Shown here: positions 55,365 to 64,000 of the stretch, one piece after another
Layout of the letters: each line of letters opens with the position of its first letter
Position numbering within the stretch: the stretch's first letter is position 1
Assembly: GCA_965112735.1 (NCBI GenBank)
Contig: OZ218964.1
Location: 868,001 to 932,000, forward strand
Length of the DNA: 64,000 bases
Reading direction: 5' to 3'
Source of the DNA: Phaeosaccion multiseriatum
Taxonomy: Eukaryota; Protista; Ochrophyta, other classes
Position numbers and translations under genes: made by a program
Notes under the pieces: model-generated
Seen by the model: the letters and a program-made list of their open reading frames with translations, nothing else
Told to the model about the DNA's origin: nothing
Databases searched by the model: none

Positions 55365-56955
55365 ATGACGGTGGCAGTCAAACACAGAGGCCTTGCTCCT
55401 GGTATAAGTACTGAAGCAGCAGGAGGAGGTGGAGGAGCAGGAGGAACGGCAGTAGGAGCGGCAGGAGGGGCTGCAGGAAGAGCGGCAGCAGAGGCAGGAT
55501 CCGATCAGAAGCTCTTAGAACTGCGTGGGAAGGGAGGCCGGAAGGTGAATCCCGGCTTGTCCATCATCACGGATCGTGGTAATGATGAAGACGAGTACCA
55601 GACACCGAGCAAGAGGGAGGATGAAGTAGTAGCAAGAGCAGCAGCAGGGAAGGGGCGGGAAGCAAGAGAACCCAGAGATGCCAGTCTTGAGAGGGAGCAG
55701 CAGGAGTCAGGAGAGAGTTGTGCGCCACTCTCACCTGCGACATCATCATCATCAGTAGAGCCTTCGCCACGCGTAGGGGGGCTCTCCCACCCTAGAGAGG
55801 GGCGCAGGCGAAGCCCCTTAAAGGGCTTAATGAAAGGGCTGAGGAACACTCTTCGACTTCGAAAACCGTCCAGCCGCAAGAGCAGTACCCTGCCTGGCAG
55901 GAGCAGTAGCCGCAGCCCCGGTGGTGGTGGAGACCCAAGTCGAGGAGACAGTCTGGCGCACACCTGTCCATCGGAGGTAACAGGGGAGGCAAGCGGTGGG
56001 CTCCGAAGGGGACTCCGTGATTCGCTCGTGGGCGTGGGCGTGGGGACGGGCTCCTCCAAGGGTGGACGGGTGTCCCCGAGTAGGCTGAGCAGTAGCAGTA
56101 GTAGCGATGGTGATCACAGCCGCAACCACAGCCCGACGCAGCGTGGCAGGGGAACTGCTGCTGGAGGAGGAGGAGGAGGAGGAGGAGGAGGAGGAGGAGG
56201 AGGAGGAGGAGGAGGAGGAGGAGGAGGAGGAGGAGGAGGAGGAGGAGGAGGAGGAGGAGGAGGAGGCGGAGGAGGAGGAGGAGGAGGAGGAGAGAGCCGC
56301 ACCAGCCCTCCGACGAGCCCGCGCCACAGCGTACTGGGCGTCATGAGCGGCACCATAAGCAACTTACGCAACATTATGTCGAGTCCGAGTAGCGTGTCAG
56401 AGGTCAGCCAGAGATCTCAGAGGTCAGCGCGGAGCTCTCCTCGGCCCTCGCTTGGACTGTTCCAGGTAGGTGGGGTGCGCAGATCGTTGCAATGCTGTGC
56501 TTACGATTCGTATAGTAGGACAGATAAGACACATCTCAAGGGTGGACGTTTGTGTCGGTACATCTCGTCGGTCAGTGAAAAGCTGAGGGGGTAGGAAGGA
56601 AGGAAGGAAGGAAGGTAGGCGCCTTCTGCGTGCCTTTCTTGACTAGCCACACTCACAAACACGCACACCGCGGCACCACCTCTGCTGCACCCTCCCCCCC
56701 TCTGAAGGTGGAGTTTTCTGACGAGGACGAAGAGGAGGAAGAGCACAAAAGCACTCCCACCAGGCGCGGCAGTGTCGCCGCAGCTGTCACGGCTCTGCTG
56801 TCGCCCAGAGGGAGCAGCGGGGAGGCGCACGCACGCAGGCGGGACAGCGGGGGGGCGTCAACAGCAGGTGCGTAGGGATGATGCGTGTGTGTGAGAGAGA
56901 GAGAGTGAAAGAGAAGAACGGAGGGAGAGAAGGAGAGCGGAAGAGAAAGAGAGCG

Positions 56956-56987
<32 letters not shown>

Positions 56988-58036
56988 GCTCAACTACTCC
57001 GGCCTCCCTCCAACTCTCCGGCTCTTTGAGGCTGCTGAAGGAAGGGCCAGAGGCGGGCGGGGTGGGGGCAGAACAGATGAGGCTGCGAAGGGCCGGCCTT
57101 CCCCGAAGCTTGTACCGCTGAGTCACTCTCTCTCTCTCTCTCTCTCTCTTATTTTCTTTCTACCCCCTCCGCACACACGCGCACATACCCCCACCCCACC
57201 CACCCACCCCACCGAACCCCTGCAGAGGCCGGAGGGCAGCACCGACACACCATCAGCAACCATCACAGCACACACGCAGAGGGCCTGAGTAGCAGTCTAG
57301 GGAGGAGCGGTAGGAGGCCCTCCAGAAGTCCGTCACCTTCCAGGTGGGATTGGGCAGGTTGGATGGTGATGGATGGTAGTTGATGGTAGTTGATGGTGAT
57401 GGATGATGGTGGATGGTGATGGATGGTGGTGGATGGTGGTGGATGGTGATGGATGATGGTGGATAGTGGTGGATGGTGGTGGATGGTGATGGATGGTGAT
57501 GGATGGTAGTGGATGATGATGGATGGTAGTGGATGATGGTGGATGGTGGTGGATGGTAGTGGATGGTCGTGGATTGCAGTGGATGGTGACAGATGATGGT
57601 GGATAGTGATGGATGGTGGTGGATGGTGGTGGATGGTGATGGATGGTGATGGATGGTAGTGGATGATGATGGATGGTAGTGGATGATGGTGGATGGTGGT
57701 GGATGGTAGTGGATGGTCGTGGATTGCAGTGGATGGTGACAGATGATGGTGGATGGTGGTGGATGGTGGTGGATGGTGGTGGATGGTAGTGGATGGTGTT
57801 GAATGGTAGTGGCTGGCAGTGGACTGTGGTGGGGATGGTGGATGGTGGCGGATGGTGTTGGATGTGCGGATAGCTGGGGCCGCATATTGCCGGCTGGGTT
57901 CACGCACATGAGGGAGGGAGGGAGGGAGGGAGTCGGCTGAGGTTGGTTGAAGAGAGAGATAGATAGAGAGGGGCACAGAAAGAGAGAGGGCGGGAGGGTG
58001 GGGCAGTAGGGACAGCAGTCATCGTGACTGACATCG

Positions 58037-58070
<34 letters not shown>

Positions 58071-58817
58071 CACGCACGCACGCACACACGCAGGAAAGGG
58101 CGAACGCTGGCCATGACCTTCGGTGGCTCTCCTTCCCCGACCCACGGGCAGAGGGGGGTAGGCGGGGGCGGCGGCAGCAATAGCAATAGCAACAGCAACA
58201 GCGGTGGTAGAAGGAGGCATGGGCCCGGCTACGGGCCTCTGCAGGCAGAGCTCATGACAGGTTTCCACCCCCTCGTGATGACACGCAGCGACGAGCACCA
58301 GCAGCAGTTGGTGATACAGCAGCAGCGGAAGGCGTCTTCTTCTCGCAGACGGAGCGTGACGGGGGGGAGGAGGTACAGCAGGACCCCGACCCCATCTCCT
58401 CCACCAGACCTCCCTCCTCTGCTGAGCGGCATGTTGGACACCAAAGAGAGGGGCGGCATCACTTGTACCAGCAGTAGTACCAGTTTGAGTGCCAAAAGGG
58501 GGCGCGCACCCGCCGCCGCCGCAACCTCCTACTCCTCCTCCTCCTCCTCCCCCTCCTGCTCCCCCTCCTGCTCCCCCTCCTGCTCACCCACCGGCACTCC
58601 GTCTGGGCCACGAGAAGCGGCGGGTATGCACACGCACTCACATGCATCTACCTTTGACTGCACCGGCTCTCCCAAGGTCAGTAGCGAGAGCATCACCCTG
58701 GCACTCAACCTGGGGCCGCGCTCTCCCACGTCCCCCTCCTCGGGTGGAAGTGGTGGCGTCGGGGGTGGGCCAGATCATCACCACCATCACCATCGCCACT
58801 CGCCCACGAGTGCTCGG

Positions 58818-58854
<37 letters not shown>

Positions 58855-59111
58855 GCAGCAACAGCAACAGCAACCAGCAGCAGTTGGTGATACAGCAGCA
58901 CGGACAGGGGCACGAGGCCCACCACTCCAGCAGGGGAAGAGACTCGTTTCTGCATCAGCCGTGGAGCAGCGGCGGAGGCGGACAGAGCATTTCGCCTCGA
59001 CTCAGGAGCCAAGCTGCTGCTGCTGCTGTATCACCAACTGCTGCGGCTGCTGCTGCGGCTGGATCACCGACTGCATCGCCAACGGCCTACTTTGCTGCGA
59101 CGTACAGCCCA

Positions 59112-59143
<32 letters not shown>

Positions 59144-62100
59144 CCTCTCTCTCTCTCCTTCTCCTTCTCCTTCCCCCTCTCCCTCGCCCTCCCCCTCCCC
59201 CTCCCGAGGAGGAGGAGGAGGACCTTCCCCAGCAGCGAGCCGTTCCCCGGGGGGGCGGAGATTCTCCGGCGCCAGTGGAAGCATCAGTCCAAGATTCCGC
59301 GGCTTCGGGGGAGGAGGGGGAGGAGGCGCTGCCGAGCCGCCCTCGGGGAGTAGGTCTGTATCCCCGTCTAGAGGGCGGGCCTGTACCTCTCCCCCTCCTG
59401 TGGCCCCTCTGTGGGACGATGCCATCGCCGATGTGTTGAGAACAGGCTGCGTCTTCCCCTATCTATATGTGAGTGTGCGTGAGTGTGCGTGAGTGTGTGT
59501 GAGTGCGCGTGAGTGTGTGTGAGTGTGAGTGTGGGTGAGTGTGAGTGTGTGTGAGTGCGCGTGTGTGTGTGTGAGTGTCAGTGTGGGTGAGTGTGGGAGA
59601 GTGTGTGTGAGTGCGTGTGTTCGTGCGTGTGTGAGTGCGCGTGAGTGCCCGTGAGTGCGTGAGGGTGTGAGCGAGGCAACGCTTTGCTTGCCCCAAGTGT
59701 GTGTGTGTGTGTGTGTGTGCCGGGACGGGGGATGGAGAGGGCGGTGCGGGGCAGGGAGGGCGGCACACAAACAACAGAATCATTTCGTGTCGTATGGGTC
59801 TCCGCAGTAATAGGCTGTCGTTGTCTCTGTACCAACTCTTATCCCCCCCTCGCGTCCATCATGCCTGCCCCCCTCGGGGAATGTCTGCCCCCCCCGAATG
59901 CTCCCCTCGGGTGCCCCCCTCGGGTGCCCCCAGCTTGAAGAGGCTGAAGCTGTGGCCCGTGCCATGACGCGTGTGGAGTGCCCGAGGGTGGGGGAGATCG
60001 TCATTCCCGCGGGGGAGGAGAGCGACTCCTTCGTGGTGGTCGAGGTTAGTGAGTTACGCACGCACACATGCATATATATATAATAAACACACAAACAGAC
60101 ATCACTGACCGCCTGACTTACTGACTGACTTCTTGACTGACTTCCTGACTGACTGACTTCTTTCCTTTCTTTTACTTACTTACTTACGTACGTACTTACT
60201 TACTCACTCACTTACTTACTTACTTACTTACTCATTTACTTACTTACTTATTTACTTACTTACTTACTTACTTACTTCCTGACTGACTCACTTATGCAGA
60301 GTGGAGCCTTCGCTCTCATTCGCTTCGAGGACGAAGAGGAAAGAAAGAGAAGCTTAGACGGTGAGAGACAAATTTTGCATTGGAAACTGAGACAACTGCG
60401 GGGGAGAGACAGACAGACAGACAGATAGACAGACAGACAGACTTCACGTACCTACGCCTTGAGGGATAGTCGAGAGGTTCTTCACTGACTTATTGGAGGG
60501 ATGAGTCGAGAGGTCCTTCATTGACTTATTGGGGGGATGAGTCGAGAGGTCCTTCACACCTTTCAACACTCCAACGCCCGCCCATCCCCCTCCCTTCCCT
60601 TCCTCTGCAGTGCCCCGCCCCTCTCTCGACGCGGAGACCCCCCCCTCCCCCCCCGGGCTCAAGCAACAGCTCCCCTCGCCAAGCCCGTCTGCCTCCGCCT
60701 CGCCCCTACGAAGGACGAGAGTAACCCCCAATCACAGGAGGAAGACTACCCAAGTGCTCTGTGGAAAGGGTGCTTGCTTCGGAGAGCGAAATCTTCTCTT
60801 TCCCGACGGTCGTCCGAACACGGCGACTCTGGTCAGCGCCTTGGATGGTAAGGCAGGCTGGCAGGCCGGTAGATGGAGAGAGAGAGTGGGAGGAACGGGT
60901 GGAGGGCGAATAGTACTAATGGCGCCACACGCACACGGTGCGCATGCTCTCTCTATATCTATGTGCGTGGGGTGTCCCTGTCCCTCTCTATTTATCTCTT
61001 TCTCCCCCCCCTCTCTCTCCCCTCTCCCCGCTCTTCATATTCTTCTTTTGTGCACGTGCGTCACTGTGACATCACTGCTGACGTCACTCTTACGTCATAT
61101 GCAATGATCTGCCGTCACTCGCAGGGAGCGTCGCTTGGACAATCACTCGCGAGCGCTTTCGCACTCTCCTCGGCCGTGAGAGCGTGCGCCACAGAGCCAA
61201 AGCTACGGCTGCCCTCAACGGTGTGCCCCTGCTACACCAGCTCACCAGTGTGCAGCTGAGGAAGGTGGTGGACCAAGTTGACATTTGTGACTTTAGGGCA
61301 GGAGAGCAGGTGCTCGAGCACCAGGTGGGTGCGTGGGTGTGTGCGTGCGTGTGTGCGTGCGTGCGTGCGTGCGTGGGTAGGTGGGTGCACTTGGGTATGT
61401 CAAGGTGGTGGGGGGCTTGCCATATATGCCACCCTTAAGGATCGATCTCGATCACCCATCTCTCTCTCTCTTCTCTCTCTTCTCTCTCTGTCTGTTCTTT
61501 CTCTCCCTCTCTCTTCTCTCTCTCTCTGTATATCTTCTTCCTCTCGCTCTCTCTCTCTGCTCTCTCATATGTGTGTCTGTTCTTTCTCTCTTTGCATCCT
61601 CTCTCTCCTCTGTCTCACTCCCTCTCTCTCCACACTCACACACACACACACACACACACACACCACAGGACGCTTCCACAGCCCTGTACGTGGTCAAAGA
61701 GGGCACCGCTACCATCAGTAAGTCACACGGGGCACCGGGCAACGAGCGGACAGTTACAGAGGTGATCAGCAGGGGAAGATACTTCGGAGAGATGGCGCTT
61801 GTGGTAGGGGAGAGCAAGGGGCTCAGGGTGAGGGCCAAGACAGATCTATGTCTCTACAAGGTGAGGGAGGGAGGGAGGGAGGGAGGGAGGGAGTCAATCA
61901 ATATCTCCGGTGCCTGTTCTTCGTGTGCGTACCTGACCCCCGCCCCCGCCACCCCCCAATGTATGCACACACACACACATACACACACACACACGTCCGC
62001 ACACGCACGCCCACACACGCACGCATACACGCACACATTTACACACATACACACATACACACACACGCACACACACACACGAAACAGGTGGACCGGCACC

Positions 62101-64000
62101 TGCTCGAGTCTCTGCTCGGGGCTGTGGAGCTCTCTTTGGAGCGAGGCGCCTTCCTGCAGTGCCTCGGCAAGGTGCCCATGCTTCACAACATGCCCGTGGG
62201 GGAGAAGACACGTCTGCTCGACATGGTCACACCGAGGGACTTTGGCCCCGGAGAGTACATTATCAAGCGGGGAGAGCACGGCAGCTCCATGTTTCTGTTG
62301 GTCAAGGGGAGGGCGGTGGTGCGGAGTCTATATCAGCGCACGGGGGAGACGGTTGATGTTGCTACCATCAGTCCTGTCGAGTGAGTAGGAGAGAGGAAGG
62401 AAGGAAGGAAGGAAGGAAGGAATGAAGGAAGGAAGGAAGGAAGGAAGGAAGGAAGGGAAGAAGGGAAGAAGGGAAGAAGGAAGGAAGGGAAGGAGGGAGG
62501 GAAGGGAGGGAAGGAAGGAAGGAAGGGAGGGAGGGAGGGAGGAAGGGAGGGAGTGGAGGGAGGAAGGAGAGGGAGGGAGGGAGAGAGGGAGGTTGATTGG
62601 TTGGTTGGGTGGGTTTGTTGGTTCGATTGTGGGTTGCTGTTTCTCTCTCTGCCCGACATGCGTGCCCTGACGGTGCTATACCATTTCTCGTCTCGTCTTT
62701 TCCTTGTTCCCCTCCGCCGCTCTCCCCCTTCTCGTACAGTTACTTCGGCGAGCGGGCCCTCGTGGAGAGCGACGTGCGCAACGCGAGTGTGATTGCCCTG
62801 ACCAGAGTGCATTGCCTCGAGCTCACCAAGGCCGCCTTTAACAGGCAAGATACTTCGTGATACTTGACTGTTAAAGGCAACCTCTCGCCTTCCATCGTCT
62901 GTGTGCGTGCCGTGCGGCCCACAACGGACAAGGAGCAAGAGTAGACGGCTCGGGCCCACCTTCCCTCCATCCATCCATCCATCCATCCATCCATCCCTCC
63001 CTCCGTCCTTCCCTCCCTCTCGCGCTTCATTTCTTTAAGTGTTTCAGAAGAGCAATGATCTCTCTGATTTCGGACTGTCTCTTCTGCCCATCTCCTTCCC
63101 CTCCCCCCCCCTTCCCCCATCCACTGCCATCCCCCCTACCGCCTCTTCGCAGCGTGTTTGGACCCATTCAGCACATCATGGAAAGGGAAGAGCCGATCAG
63201 CGCCCCGTTGGAGAGAGGGGCGAAGGACCTCAGGCCGCTGCTACTGCTGGGGGAGGGTAGCTTTGGGAGTGTGTGCCTCGTGGAGCTCAAGGGGAAGAAA
63301 CCGCTGGCAGAGGAGGAGGAGCAGGACGAGCGGGGAAGGGGGGGAGAAGGAGGAGGAGAGAGGGGGGGGGAAGGGGAAGAGAGAGGAGCAGGCGGGGATG
63401 ATGGGAAGGTGAGTGAGGTGGAAGGACGAGACCCCGCTCCCAACACCCTGCCCATTGGCCTCTTAACATGTGCTGCTACCGTACCCATATACCTCTTCCC
63501 TTCCCTGACTTAGCACACTGTGCTCTCCACGTACCCTCCTTTGCCGTACTGCCCTGTCCATACGCCTCCACCCTGTCCATACGCTTCTACCATGCCCATT
63601 CGTCGTGCGCCTCTACCCTGCCCTTCCATAACCTTGCCCGTACATCTCTACCCTCCCCCTGCCCCTCCCCCTGCCCCTGCCCCTCCCCCTCTCCTCCTCC
63701 CTTCCCCCTCCTCCATTGACAGAAGCAGCCCGCCCTCTCCGACGACGACGCCTCTATCTTCTGGCGCCACAGTCCCGACACCAAGCGGGTGGTGCGCTCC
63801 CTCCCCCGGGGGGCCGGCGAGCCCTCTGTGGCCGCACGCTGCCTGGACGCCAAGCAGGCCTTGCTGACGGCAGGGAGGCATCCCTTCATCACGGCCTTTC
63901 ATGGGTGGTACCAGGACCCGAGGGCTCTGCATCTGGTTATGGTGAGAGGGGAGGGGAGAGAGGAGAGGGGAGGAGAGAGGGGAGAGGGGAGAGGGGAGAG
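55365..64000 (+). CDS. cGMP-dependent protein kinase-like protein (3 cNMP-binding domains + degenerate AGC kinase N-lobe), 3' partial
   Basis: Long Ser/Gly/Pro-rich N-terminus; CNB motifs [32 protein letters not shown]; kinase [13 protein letters not shown] and [18 protein letters not shown]. Linkage of the 5' exons is inferred. Confidence 0.78.
57361..57864. repeat. 10-bp GGATGGTRRT intronic minisatellite (about 50 units) with a 150-bp higher-order repeat
   Basis: The variant unit GGATTGCAGT recurs at 57571 and 57721, with identical neighbouring units. Confidence 0.92.
58302..58322 (+). repeat. Representative perfect copy of the dispersed 21-bp motif CAGCAGTTGGTGATACAGCAG
   Basis: Identical copies at 36307 and 58878 (+) and at 32937, 36490 and 59023 (-). 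Confidence 0.9.
60105..60295. repeat. (CTGA)n/(TTAC)n intronic microsatellite
   Basis: Directly visible. Confidence 0.85.

Noticed and set aside
57253-58089. His/Pro-rich repeat protein ORFs on the minus strand
   Set aside because: Translation of an intronic minisatellite, antisense to the PKG-like gene.
60469-60556. 36-bp direct repeats GTCGAGAGGT(T/C)CTTCA..., CRISPR-like in length
   Set aside because: About 2.4 head-to-tail copies with no unique spacers, inside an intron of a eukaryotic gene, with no cas genes.

Overview
Gene-dense, intron-rich eukaryotic nuclear DNA, saturated with microsatellites. A signal-peptide + Phe plastid presequence points to an alga with a secondary red plastid (probably a photosynthetic stramenopile). 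Most ORFs in the supplied track are microsatellite artefacts. Spliced genes reconstructed by eye: an HHIP/HIPL-like type I membrane protein; two tandem 7TM-RGS genes (one carrying a 220-codon poly-Asn expansion); a BTB-BACK-WD40 protein; a frameshifted P-loop ATPase remnant; a plastid 2Fe-2S ferredoxin-like protein; a TOM1-like VHS-UIM-GAT adaptor; a repeat EF-hand protein; a CaMKK/LKB1-type kinase with a CaaX box; glycerophosphocholine acyltransferase; two duplicated Cys-rich membrane-protein genes with a replaced juxtamembrane segment; a UBAC2-like protein; and a partial PKG-like cNMP-binding (pseudo)kinase. Mobile DNA: a TA-flanked foldback MITE, a decayed Harbinger-like element, and a tiny TCGACCCCTGAC inverted-repeat family. 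The most striking unexplained signal is a dispersed 21-bp motif, CAGCAG-TTGGTGATA-CAGCAG, found about 20 times in both orientations in both introns and exons of unrelated genes. All exon boundaries were inferred manually and no database searches were run.
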